A stretch of 64,000 nucleotides of DNA from Eledone cirrhosa (lineage: Eukaryota), in contig CAXHJY010001105.1 in assembly GCA_964016885.1 (NCBI GenBank), forward strand, positions 372,001-436,000. The letters are read 5' to 3'. Below are positions 14,211 to 29,117 of the stretch, piece after piece. The first letter of the stretch is position 1; the number at the start of each line of letters is the position of its first letter. A program made the translations under genes and the position numbers. The notes below the pieces were generated by a model. It made no database searches and was not told the origin of the DNA. It saw nothing but the letters and a program-made list of their open reading frames with translations.

Positions 14211-14742
14211 GCACATACATCATGGCTGCCCCCTCGTTATCGAGTGTGGCCATTGCACGATATACCATTGTTAATAATTATCAATTAATTCTATCGTGCA
14301 ATACCTGTGTGTGAAGATATGTTTTAAAGTGAGGAAAGACTGTGCACTGAGCCAATCCCACTCTCTGAGAGACAGTAGCTATAACCTGAGAAGAAGAAAA
14401 GATCAACATCATCTGTAACTACTGAGCTGCAGGTTTTATATGGGAGTTATCCCAGTTTCCTGAGTTACCTTCTCTAGAAGAAGGCCCTGACAAAGGCTAG
14501 GGGTCCTTCACTCCCAGTGGTTTAACCGCGCGATCGGGTGTCCAGCCTGACTATTTCTGTGTCCCCGCGCGCATACATACATACACCCATGTATATACAT
14601 ACATACACATGCATCCATGTATATACACATAAACATACACATGCACCCATGTATACAGGTATATACATATACATACATGTGTATATACATATTTACACAC
14701 TTTTGGATGGCCGTTGACTCTCATGAGTTCTTCTGCCCTATA

Positions 14743-14804
<62 letters not shown>

Positions 14805-14991
14805 AAAATGTATGACCCCGACGGCAGAGCTCAAGCCGTTTCGACGGCTATTTCTGGACACAGTCATACATTTTCCTATTACCCACTCTACTACCCTAAG
14901 TATTGAGTACTCTGGTGCGTTATGGTCCATCTGGTTCCTTACCACATTTCCTTCGTTATATATATATATATATATACACACACACATACAT

Positions 14992-15066
<75 letters not shown>

Positions 15067-15164
15067 CAAAAGGGATATTCAATTTGTCGGTAATTCAACA
15101 AATATAAATGTTTATAACTGATTCAGAGCACTCAACAAATGTGTATATATATACACACGCGCAC

Positions 15165-15217
<53 letters not shown>

Positions 15218-15561
15218 CATATACGGTATACACACATACACACACACACACATATATATATAACGGAGGAAATGTGGTAAGGAACCAGGTGGGCCATAAC
15301 GTACCAAAGTACTCAATACTTAGGGTAGTAGAGTGGGTAATAGGAACGAGTAGGACCCCGACGGCTGAGCTCAAGCCGTTTCGACGGCTAATTCTGGACT
15401 AATTGAAAATGTTTATTGGTATTTGAATAGCCGAGCTTCTCAAGGGGTAATTCCATATATGGTCAAAGTGATTGTCACAGGGATTGGTCAAAAGTTTGTA
15501 GTTGAGACAATAATTCTAGGATGGAAATTTGTGGAGGGAAGGGGTCCTACTCGTTCCTATA

Positions 15562-15637
<76 letters not shown>

Positions 15638-15663
15638 CATACACACACATGTATGTGTATGTG

Positions 15664-15695
<32 letters not shown>

Positions 15696-15727
15696 AATAT
15701 ATATATATATATACACATAGATATACA

Positions 15728-15773
<46 letters not shown>

Positions 15774-15799
15774 GTGTGTGTATGTATGTATATATATAT

Positions 15800-15975
15800 A
15801 CGATATTAACAAATGGAAACTATATTTATAAAACCATATTTATTTCATTATACATATTTCAAGGACACCAAGTTAAATTATGGTGTGCTTTCGTCAGATA
15901 AAATATAATATAGAGCAGTTTTATAAATAAATATTGACATACCCTTAAAGAATGCAACCATTTCTGTTGGAAGCT
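15800..15975 (-). mobile_element. Family A hammerhead element
   Basis: TCGTCAG 15891-15897 (CTGACGA on minus), stem II CACCA...TGGTG, then GAAA. Confidence 0.75.
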
Positions 15976-15977
15976 CC

Positions 15978-16030
<53 letters not shown>

Positions 16031-16035
<5 letters not shown>

Positions 16036-16473
16036 TAAACGGAATAGAAAATGCTGACAAATTGTTCACAGTTGAAAAATGGTTTAATTAGGAATAAAAG
16101 AGTATTAGTGATTGTATGGGTTAGTATTCAGTTGTGGTTTTAAGTTTTTACCGGTTGCGCATTTCTAAATGCTTTTCAAAAATAATTTTGAGATAGAGTG
16201 TCCGTGCTGTTTGCTCTGATCTGATTAGTTTTGGGAATTCTACCTGTTTTTATGTTAAAAAAGTGGCTCCAGCGTTATTTTTGTGTTGCAAAAATGCTTG
16301 TGGTCAAAACAATTTTAATTGGTCGGTAGAGGTCATGTGAATGTAAAAAGTTGATTTTGCGCCATACCTACATCAGCACACATCTCTACCCACATATAAA
16401 CACAATGACACACGTAAACACACATGCTCTATGGTGCAATACAAAAAAATATATGTGCATATATATGTATGTA

Positions 16474-16510
<37 letters not shown>

Positions 16511-16852
16511 AATATGTGTATGTGTATATATATATAGTGAATATCATTTCACACCTTTTATTTTTAAGATTTTTGATGTTCTATTAAGAGAACCGATTTT
16601 ACTGAAAAAATCGAATAATGTACACCATTTTACCAGGGGGGAAAAAAATACTGGTCCACCCACACACACACACACACACACACATATATACACAAACACA
16701 TACACACGCGTACATCAACATACAAAGAGACTTATACACACACACGCGCGCACTTCTCCGTATAAGACAAAAGCTGAAAAATATCTTTTGACATGCTAAA
16801 ATACCCCCCACTGCTTTCAGACACATTCTTACTGACCATCGAATTACTCTGC

Positions 16853-16909
<57 letters not shown>

Positions 16910-16984
16910 ATCTTAATAGCCATTTGACACACATCGCTGCTGGCCATTGTCGCAGCATCGAACACCTTACTACTACTACTACTA

Positions 16985-17020
<36 letters not shown>

Positions 17021-17406
17021 ACACACACACACACATATTTGTTGTGAAAGAGTCATTTCTCAATCTTGGCGCAAAACCAATTTTTTATCCACATGACCTC
17101 TACCGACCAATCAAAATTGTTTTGACCACAAGCATTTTTGCAACACAAAAATAACGCTGGAGCCACTTTTTTAACATAAAAACAGGTAGAATTCCCAAAA
17201 CTAATCAGATCAGAGCAAACAGCACGGACACTCTATCTCAAAATTATTTTTGAAAAGCATTTAGAAATGCGCAACCGGTAAAAACTTAAAAACTTAAAAC
17301 CACAACTGAATACTAACCCATACAATCACTAATATTCTTTTATTCCTAATTAAACCATTTTTCAACTGTGAACAATTTGTCAGCATTTTCTATTCCGTTT
17401 ACCAAT
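16031..17406. mobile_element. Inverted pair of ~330-bp pLTR-like repeats (16031-16363 minus, 17066-17406 plus)
   Basis: Near-perfect reverse complements. They share CTGGAGCCACTTTT with the Neptune pLTR and carry a hammerhead-shaped motif at 17245-17285. A third partial copy is at 20868-21056. Confidence 0.75.
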
Positions 17407-17437
17407 ATATAACTTGTGTGTTACACCTCTATTCTTT

Positions 17438-17498
<61 letters not shown>

Positions 17499-17571
17499 TT
17501 ATTTGTTGACGCCGCATCCGCTTCAGTTGTTTTCCTTGCCGGATGTTACTATATATTGGCCGAGCTCATTT

Positions 17572-17609
<38 letters not shown>

Positions 17610-17919
17610 ATACACAATATATATTCTATATTGTATCTATACCCGGAACTACTTGACAGTGTGGCGTACGTGAATAGGAAATGATGTTACATAAATATTC
17701 ATATATATATATATATATATATATATAGGAACCAGTAAGACCCCGACAGCTGAGCTCAAGCCGTTTCGACGGCTAATTCTGGAGTCCAGAATTAGCCGTC
17801 GAAACGGCTTGAGCTCAGCTGTCGGGGTCTTACTGGTTCCTATTACCCACTCTACTACCCCAAGTATTGAGTACTTTGGTGCGTTATGGTCCACCTGGTT
17901 CCTTACCACATTTCCTTCG

Positions 17920-17997
<78 letters not shown>

Positions 17998-18353
17998 AAT
18001 GAGAGGTATAGAGATTGTTTTAGCGAGAAGCTAACAGCATTCTATAACATATATGCGACTATAACGTCAAGATGGGAAAAGTAGTTAACGTAGGATTTAG
18101 GAAAAAATAATTTATATATATATTATATATATTATATATATATATATATTATAATTAAATAACAGGAGGCTGGACTGGTGTAAATCCTTGAAAGGTTTAT
18201 TATACTATGATCATTTCAATGACCGGGTTCCATATGAATCCGGTGATATCATCAGGTATTCGAAATATAACAAAGGAATATAATAGACAAAATCCATGAG
18301 AGCTGAAAATCATAAACAAGAGGACGACCGACCATCTAGCAACAAACCTAAAT

Positions 18354-18419
<66 letters not shown>

Positions 18420-18423
<4 letters not shown>

Positions 18424-18785
18424 AGAGATATTTAATTTGTTGGAAATCCAACAAATATAGATGTTTATAACTGATTTAGAGTACTCGACAAGTTTCTGGA
18501 GTAAGTATACAATGATATTAAATAAATGGAAACTATATTTATAAAACCACATTTATTCTATTATATATATTTCAAGGGTACCAAAAATTTTCAGGGATAA
18601 CTTGATAACTTTCCAAGGATAACTTGAACCGTTAAGGTATATTATCTTTGGTCATGTCAAATATTTATGAAACATTTTGTATTTTATCTGATGATAGCGT
18701 ACCTAAATTTTTGGTACCCTTGAAATATATATACTAGAATAAATAAGGTTTTTTAAATATAGTTTCCATTTATTTAATATCATTT
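18420..18785. mobile_element. Family A hammerhead element with inverted 5' part
   Basis: Minus arm 18420-18590, plus arm ~18620-18785 with CTGATGA 18688-18694. Confidence 0.75.
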
Positions 18786-18867
18786 TGTGTGTATATATAT
18801 ATATATTTATATTTATTTATTTATACATATAAATTTAGTTATGTAATAAACAACATAAGATAATTAT

Positions 18868-18924
18868 TTCATTTACCAGTGGTTTCTTGAAGGCAGATAT
18901 TTCTGTCTTCAGTCGTCAGAACAC
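18868..18924 (-). ncRNA. Hammerhead-like motif
   Basis: Minus strand: gtt-CTGACGA-c-TGAAGaCAGA-aata-TCTGcCTTCA-a-GAAA-CCAcTGG-TA-aat. Stem I is weak. Confidence 0.55.
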
Positions 18925-18927
18925 ACG

Positions 18928-18959
<32 letters not shown>

Positions 18960-19809
18960 TACATACATATATACATACATACATACATACATACATACAT
19001 ACACACACACATATTTAGGTATTTATTTACGCTTTAATTTATATTTTTAATTATCGTGTCTATAGTCTGCCTTTCATAGGTTATAGATTCCATACACTGG
19101 TGGTTTTTCCCCTGTTTTATTGATAACGCACTGTATATCTCTCTCTGGTGTGTTACCTTTTCAACATATTGTATTTTAAAGAGCTCAGGATTTCTTCTCC
19201 TTTGAGCACATTATTTACAGGGAATTGCGAGGGCCTATGGCTCCGTTAATTTATCGTGATATATATATATATATATACGTACAGATATATATATTTATAC
19301 ATATTTATACATACAAATATATATATTTATATATACATATATATATATATTGTTATACTTGGGGAGGGTCATATTTGTGTAATATTGCCAGAATTAATAA
19401 CAGAACACACTCACTGTTTGGTTGGTTTTCGCTTCTGTGTCTTTTATATCTGCGATCTAACTTATTCGGTCCTCAATGTTGCCATTGACTGACCAGCGGT
19501 CAAAAATAATACAGATACAATATAGACACAAACACATATATATAGTTTATCATAAATCTTTCGTTGCACATCTGCAACATCGTCAGTGGTGCTATAGATT
19601 CCTACCGTTGCATTGTATTTCTACGCCATCTTTATTTAGTCTGTTTATATATTTATTTATTTATTTGTTTGTTTTTGTTTTTTTTTTGTCTTCTTTGCGC
19701 ATGCGTTTGCGTGTGTGTATAGTGTTTTGTTTGATGTGTGTTCGTGATTGGGTGACTGTGTATTGGTTAATGTGTTCTATGTTTACTAGTGTGTGTTTAT
19801 ATTCTGCTT

Positions 19810-19867
<58 letters not shown>

Positions 19868-19974
19868 CATACAAATATATATATATATTTATACATACAA
19901 ATATATATATTTATACATACAAATATATATATTTATACATACAAATATATATATATATATATATATACACATAC

Positions 19975-20036
<62 letters not shown>

Positions 20037-20099
20037 ATGTGTATGATTGTGTATGTATGTATGTATGTATTTATGTATATGTATGTATGTATATGTATA

Positions 20100-20650
20100 T
20101 CGGGTCGTTGGCGACTAAACTGGCAACCCCACCAAGGTTTCTTGGTGAGGAGGGTGACTTTGGACATCCCGCAGGACTAAAAACAAAACCTGTCAAAGGA
20201 CAAAGGAGCTCTTAAGAGTCAATGGCCATCCAAAATCACCGGGAGAGATGACCCCTTAGCCTTTGTCAAGGCAGAATTCCAGGAGAAGGAAAACTCTGAT
20301 ATAACACCTGCAACCCTGATGGTATCCAATGATGTTGACTTGTTCTTCTTTTTGGTAAATATCATCTTGGTTAAGAGAGTGGGACTGGCTTTGTGCAGTG
20401 CCTTTGCTCACTATAAAAGCTTCACGGCACAGGCATTGCTTTATATCTGGAGATCTCTCTGCACTTGTCATCACATGGTGCCATGGGCCCAGCACTATGT
20501 GTCAATAATTGTCACAAGTGTAGTGTTTGTACCAGAGTTTTCAAGTCGCTGGCTGGACTAAAAAGTCACTCGTTCAGCGCATCGGTAGGGGTTCTCCTAC
20601 ATGGATATAAAGTAGTGGCCGTACTCGAAAACGAGTTGGCAGCCACCATA
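20100..20650 (+). mobile_element. Non-autonomous RTE-derived repeat, copy 1
   Basis: Near-identical to 30460-31010. Encodes a remnant [17 protein letters not shown], like the C-terminal zinc finger of RTE ORFs. Confidence 0.65.
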
Positions 20651-20775
20651 TATGTATATCCGGATGTTGTTGTCAGCTAAGAAATAAGACGACTTAGTCT
20701 TAACCTATGATTAAAAAGGCGGATCTTTAGTGGACCAACACTTTCTGTTTAGACTTAATAAAAGGAATATACAGT

Positions 20776-20844
<69 letters not shown>

Positions 20845-21071
20845 TATATAAATGCATATATATATAGATTAGAGCAAACATCACGGACGCTCTATCTCAA
20901 AATTATTTTTGAAAAGCATTAGAAATGCGCAACCGGTAAAACTTAAAACCAAAACTGAATACTAACCAATACAATTACTAATTCTCACTTATTCCTAATT
21001 AAACTATTTTTCACAAGGAACATTTTCATGTCAGCATTTTCTTTTCCGTTTACCAATATATATATATATGC

Positions 21072-21142
<71 letters not shown>

Positions 21143-21144
21143 CA

Positions 21145-21248
<104 letters not shown>

Positions 21249-21293
21249 TGTATATATATATATATGCATGTATATATATATATATATATATGC

Positions 21294-21404
<111 letters not shown>

Positions 21405-21464
21405 TATATATATATATGCATATATATATATATATATATATATGCATATATATATATATATGCA

Positions 21465-21532
<68 letters not shown>

Positions 21533-21603
21533 TGTATATATATATATGCATGTATATATATATATATATATATATATATGCATGTATATATATATATATA
21601 TGC

Positions 21604-21644
<41 letters not shown>

Positions 21645-21660
21645 TGTATATATATATATG

Positions 21661-21691
<31 letters not shown>

Positions 21692-21784
21692 GCATGTATA
21701 TATATATATAGATATATATATGCATGTGTATATATATCTATATAATAATAAATGTAATCTGAGTTTTTCGAATATTAATAATTG

Positions 21785-21968
21785 TTTCTACTTTAGGCAC
21801 AAGGCCAGCAAATACCCAGTGCATTACTGGTACTTTATTTTATCGACCCTGTACGGATGAAAGGCAAAGTCAACCTCGGCGGGATTTGAACTCAGATCGT
21901 AAAGGGACGTAACTATGCTGGAAAGCATGGCGTCCGACTCTCTACCGATACTGCCAATCCGCCGCCCT
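21785..21968 (-). mobile_element. tRNA-derived SINE (same family as 4725-4915)
   Basis: ACTGGTACTTTATTTTATCGACCC-GTA-GGATGAAAGGCAAAG...GGATTTGAACTC. Further minus copies at 40357-40482, 42060-42285 and 42563-42748. Confidence 0.8.
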
Positions 21969-22034
21969 GGTGGAATATTAATAATAACATTCGATTCGTT
22001 TGCAATTATGCAAACAAGCCTCATTTTTATAGCC

Positions 22035-22402
<368 letters not shown>

Positions 22403-22433
22403 TTATATATATATTTATATATATATATATGTA

Positions 22434-22628
<195 letters not shown>

Positions 22629-22675
22629 ATATTTATATATATATTTATTTATATATATATATATATTTATATATA

Positions 22676-22750
<75 letters not shown>

Positions 22751-22773
22751 ATATTTATATATATACATATATT

Positions 22774-22826
<53 letters not shown>

Positions 22827-22827
22827 T

Positions 22828-22860
<33 letters not shown>

Positions 22861-22875
22861 ATATATTTATATTTA

Positions 22876-24727
22876 TAAGAGGGTGTTAAAGTTTGCTTGA
22901 AGCATTGTGAAATGTGTAAAATATGTAGTTTAGAAAGCCACAACAATGCAGATGGGAAATCTCGAGGTAAGAAGTGAGTGAGAAATAGGAGAAAAGTGAA
23001 AATGAAAATGAAAACAAAACAAAGGTAGAAGGGTTACCGTAGAGGAGATTTAATCCCAATATTTCGGGCTCACGCCCATCAACGGGGGAAATGTTCCAAA
23101 AGGGGGGGAACAGGCTAAGCCGGAGAAAGTTGGAACGCAAGGCACTCAACACCTGCCAACCCAACGCCGTCGCCTTCTACTCCAGATACGTTGATGACAT
23201 CCCGATACTTACTTCTTCCCGGGAGATGGCGAATGAAATTCACCAAATCTTTAACGACACTGACCATCACGTCGATTTCACCATCGAACACCCTGGAGAA
23301 GACGGGTCACTCGCCCTCCTCGACTTCCGTATCAACATCTCGGAAGAAGGAGACATAAACACCACCTTCTACCGCAAGGCAGCGTGCAAGGACTTATTTG
23401 TGCATTACAACTCAGCCCTCCCCAACAACGCTAAGAGAGGCTATGTCCTAAATGAACTTACACGGATCACTAATAGATGCAGCGACCCGATGGGTGGTCT
23501 CACCCATACCACGCAATTCTGTAATCTACTCAAGTCTAATGGATATCCCAAGCGACTGATTAACGGAATTAGAGACCCCAGACCCAATAGACAGACACCC
23601 ACTAGAAACTTAGATAAAAGCAGGTGCTTCTTTAAAATCCCCCACCTGAGTGAATATACCACGAACGCCATCCGCAGGGCCATACGGAGGGAGGGACTTG
23701 ACATACATTTGGCCCACACAAGACCTTCGCTCCGAAGATGCCTCTCCAACAAACCCGACGAGTCAGATGGGACGTGTTGCCTCAGCAACTGCCCGATACG
23801 GGGGGCAGATTGCCTACGCACCTATGTCGTATATAAGATTCAATGCGATAAATGTAACAAGTTTTACATAGGTAGCACCATCCGACCCTTACATGTTCGT
23901 ATCAAGGAACATGTCAACACCAACGCATCTTCCTTCCGTAAACACATCCTTAAATGCGGAAACCCACAGGGCAGACCCTTGGTCACAGTCCTAGCGACTG
24001 AACGCAGCATCGGATCCTTAAGGATAAAGGAAGCACTTGTTATTAAGAACCTCAGACCCCCACTTAACAACCGGGCTGGGAGAAATGAGCTGACATGGCT
24101 AATTTAACCATAGTGACTAGTAACAGCCCCTACGGCCTACTATCCTTCACAGACACGCACTTATATGTATACCCATACACATACACACACACACATCTAT
24201 ATTTATACACGCACACATGTTTATACAACCTACCACCTTTCACACTCTTTGTTTTCCAGCTTCTACGGCCCACTATCTTTCACACACACACACTCACATA
24301 CATACACACATACACATATACACACACAGTTACACACACATATATATTTACACACACATATTTTACGGCTTTCACACGCTAGCGCACCCTATTGATTTAA
24401 CCCAATTGGTCAGTAGCTTTTGCCACAGCCTATTACGCGCACGCGCATTCTTTCCCTCGTTTGAATTTTCCTCATAACGGCATTCCTAAGTTTAAACGAC
24501 AATACAACTTTCTCCGGCTTAGCCTGTTCCCCCCCCCCCCCCCCCTTTTGGAACTTTTCCCCCGTTGATGGGCGTGAGCCCGAAATATTGGGATTAAATC
24601 TCCTCTACGGTAACCCTTCTACCTTTGTTTTGTTTTCATTTTCATTTTCACTTTTCTCCTATTTCTCACTCACTTCTTACCTCGAGATTTCCCATCTGCA
24701 TTGTTGTGGCTTTCTAAACTACATATT
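22876..24727 (+). mobile_element. 5'-truncated Penelope-like element with inverted 5' pLTR
   Basis: Inverted pLTR 22876-23132 matches pLTR 24506-24727. The internal ORF remnant has RT and GIY-YIG domains. Inserted in (AT)n. Confidence 0.92.
23133..24107 (+). pseudogene. PLE RT C-terminal half + GIY-YIG endonuclease (truncated, frame open)
   Basis: YSRYVDD, LALLDF, FYRKAA, VVYKIQCDKCNKFYIGSTIRPLHVRIKEH, IKEALVI...PPLN. The ATG at 23091 lies in the inverted pLTR and is fortuitous. Confidence 0.92.
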
Positions 24728-24744
24728 TATATTTATATATATAT

Positions 24745-24980
24745 ATGGAAAGTTATATTTAAATTGTTGGGTTACAACGAGTAAATATTTATAACTGATA
24801 TAAAAGCACTCAACAAGTATTTGGAGTATATTTACGATATTAAATAAATGGAAATTATATTTATAAAACCATATTTATTTCATTATATATATTTCAGGGA
24901 TATCATATTAACAATATGTTATGCCTTCCTCAGACAAAATACAATATAGACAGTCTTATAAATAAATAGATTCGACATAC
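24745..24980 (-). mobile_element. Family A hammerhead element
   Basis: TCCTCAG 24927-24933 (CTGAGGA on minus), then GAAA and TATATA. Confidence 0.75.
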
Positions 24981-25053
24981 CTTTCAACATCGACTTGCAT
25001 TTGAAAAGTTGATTTGGCAGTAAAAATATTATGGACAAATATATATATATTTG

Positions 25054-25086
<33 letters not shown>

Positions 25087-25099
25087 TTATATATATATT

Positions 25100-25134
<35 letters not shown>

Positions 25135-25157
25135 TTTTTTATATATATATATATATT

Positions 25158-26100
<943 letters not shown>

Positions 26101-26149
26101 TATACAGACTAGAGCGTGACAAATGCAACAACTTCTTTCGTTGCAACAA

Positions 26150-26760
26150 CTTCTTTCGTTGCACATCTGCAACATCGTCAGTGGTGTTATATTTTCCTCC
26201 TGTTGTGTTGTATGTCTCCGCCATTTTTATTCAGTCTGTCTATATATTTATTTATTTATTTGCTTGTTTGTTTATTTTATTTCGTCTTCTTTGCGCATGC
26301 GTTTGCGTGTGTGTATAGTGTTATGTTTGCTGTGTGATGGGTGACTAGTGTGTGTTTATGTGCTTGTTGTTATTGTGCTTGTGTATTTATTTATTTATTT
26401 ATTTATCTTATTTTATTTACTTATTTATACTTCTCTTAGGTCAGTGTTGTTTGTTTGGGTGTTGTTGTTGTTCCACTCATTCTTTCTGTTTAGCTTTGGT
26501 CTTCTAATTTCTATTTCACTCGCCTCTCTGATTTGCCTATCTGCTGGGTCATTCCTATGTTTAGATATTATTCTAATTTCTATGTTGTCTATGTTACCGT
26601 CATGCTAGACAACGACATGTTGCTCGTTTGTTCAACACTGACAAAGGAACGCTGTACTAGTTTCAAGCTTATTAGCTATCGTCAGCAACGTATACGTTCC
26701 TGCCAGATGGGTGAACGTCCGAAAGTATATACTTTCCTTATGCATATTAACGGCTGAGTA
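26150..26760 (-). mobile_element. Family B element (hammerhead near its start)
   Basis: 26615-26760 matches 2264-2380 and 59635-59768; 26154-26365 matches 19557-19805. Confidence 0.7.
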
Positions 26761-26766
26761 TACATA

Positions 26767-26837
<71 letters not shown>

Positions 26838-26843
26838 CAACAC

Positions 26844-26928
<85 letters not shown>

Positions 26929-27100
26929 TTATATATATATTTATATATATATATATATATTATGTAATAACTAATAATAACTAGAAATTGATTAACATCT
27001 AAATAAACATGAATAATCACAGGAGATAATTTTTACAAGTGTGTAACCACTTGGAATTGAACCATCAGTACAGTTGAGGTATGTCATACATCAATTTATA

Positions 27101-27163
27101 TATTTTATCTGATGAGGACGTACTGCAAAACAGCACAGTGCCTCTGAAATATATATAATAAAA
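27101..27163 (+). ncRNA. Hammerhead motif, divergent family A
   Basis: ttttat-CTGATGA (27109)-...GTACTG caaaacagca CAGTGC...-GAAA (27146)-TATATA-TA-ataaaa. Confidence 0.7.
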
Positions 27164-27208
27164 CATATTTTGATTACGTTGAATGTCTATATTTATTAAT
27201 ATTTTGAA

Positions 27209-27257
<49 letters not shown>

Positions 27258-27676
27258 CGGAGGAAATGTGGTAAGGAACCAGGTGGACCATAACGCACCA
27301 AAGTACTCAATACTTAGGGTAGTAGAGTGGGTAATAGGAACGAGTTGGACCCCGACGGCTGAGCTCAAGCCGTTTCGACGGCTAATTCTGGACTGAATCC
27401 AGAATTAGCCGTCGAAACGGCTTGAGCTCAGCCGTCGGGGTCCTACTCGTTCCTATATATATATATAGTAAAATAACAGAGTAAAGGACTCACATGTGAA
27501 CCTGTAATTCAATGAGCTCAAAGGAAAGGGTTTTCCTGGGCACTTTAGAATACAATATAGAGAGGAAAAAACGCAGGAGAGTGTGTTTTTCATTACAGGA
27601 TTTTAACTACCAGCGTGAAGAGAATATAAGCTAAGAGGGGTGTAGGAGAAACATAATAATTCAAAGGATAAATTAA

Positions 27677-28687
27677 CCCTTTAATGTTCAAAGCGGCCAA
27701 AACCGGCGAGAATTCTCTACCTCTTTCTGTTGAAACTGGCTGTAACTGGTCGTTCAAACTGATGTTAAGGTATTGTTCTCAAAATAAATACTTTCAAAAT
27801 CTCATAGATTCGATATTATGTGAGGTAAAGCCTTTACTGTGAAAATACAATAGTATATATAGAGTAATGTAAATGCTATGTGAGATATTATGTGAGGTAA
27901 AGCCTTTACTGTGAAAATACAATAGTATATATAGAGTAATGTAAATGCTATGTGAGATATTATGTGAGGTAAAGCCTTTACTGTGAAAATACAATAGTAT
28001 ATATAGAGTAATGTAAATGTTATGTGAGATATTATGTGTGGTAAAGCCTTTACTGTGAAAATACAATAGTATATATAGAGTAATGTAAATGTTATGTGAG
28101 GTAAAGCCTTTACTGTGAAAATACAATAGTATATATAGAGTAATGTAAATGCTATGTGAGGTAAAGCCTTTACTGTGAAAATACAATAGTATATATAGAG
28201 TAATGTAAATGTTATGTGAGATATTATGTGAGGTAAAGCCTTTACTGTGAAAATACAATAGTATATATAGAGTAATGTAAATGTTGTGTGAGATATTATG
28301 TGTGGTAAAGCCTTTACTGTGAAAATACAATAGTATATATAGAGTAATGTAAATGCTATGTGAGGTAAAGCCTTTACTGTGAAAATACAATAGTATATAT
28401 AGAGTAATGTAAATGTTATGTGAGATATTATGTGAGGTAAAGCCTTTACTGTGAAAATACAATAGTATATATAGAGTAATGTAAATGTTATGTGAGATAT
28501 TATGTGTGGTAAAGCCTTTACTGTGAAAATACAATAGTATATATAGAGTAATGTAAATGCTATGTGAGGTAAAGCCTTTACTGTGAAAATACAATAGTAT
28601 ATATAGAGTAATGTAAATGTTATGTGAGGTAAAGCCTTTACTGTGAAAATACAATAGTATATATAGAGTAATGTAAATATTAAAGGG
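27677..28687. mobile_element. piggyBac-like MITE with internal minisatellite
   Basis: TTAA on both sides (27673-27676, 28688-28691); TIRs CCCTTTAATgTTcA / TaAAtATTAAAGGG. Removing it restores the host inverted repeat. Confidence 0.8.
27815..28680. repeat. Minisatellite with 60- and 71-bp units
   Basis: Unit TATGTGAGGTAAAGCCTTTACTGTGAAAATACAATAGTATATATAGAGTAATGTAAATGY, with or without an 11-bp TATGTGAGATA duplication. Confidence 0.95.
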
Positions 28688-29077
28688 TTAATATGAAAAA
28701 CCTGCCTCAAAAACTAAACAGCACCTGTACAAATTCCCTAAGATTTCGTTTCGCCGTGTTATGGTTTCAAAACTCAGCTCAAGGATCATCAGCAGGTGCG
28801 AAGCCGATATTGTCTCCACTACTAGAGAATCTAAAGTAACTAACTCGCGGCACGTGTGAATAGAGGGAAATACATGCGCCAGGCAGAAACCGGTGGTATG
28901 ACCGGGATAAGACGCTAGAGGTACAGATGCTGTTTAGTTTATGAGGTAGGTTTTTCATTTTAATTTATCCTTTTAATTATTATATTTTTCCTATACCTCT
29001 ATTAGCTCATATTCTCTTCACGCTGGTGGTTGAAATCCTGTAATGAAAACACACTCCCCTGTGTTTTTCCTCTCTAT

Positions 29078-29115
<38 letters not shown>

Positions 29116-29117
<2 letters not shown>

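Larger units (their letters stand above)
27550..29083. mobile_element. Diverged inverted pLTR-like pair, left arm interrupted by a MITE
   Basis: 27550-27676 plus 28692-28730 are the reverse complement of 28921-29083. Confidence 0.65.

Noticed and set aside
23760-23830. Selenocysteine recoding as reported for some Naiad PLEs
   Set aside because: No in-frame TGA in the Cys-rich linker of this copy.
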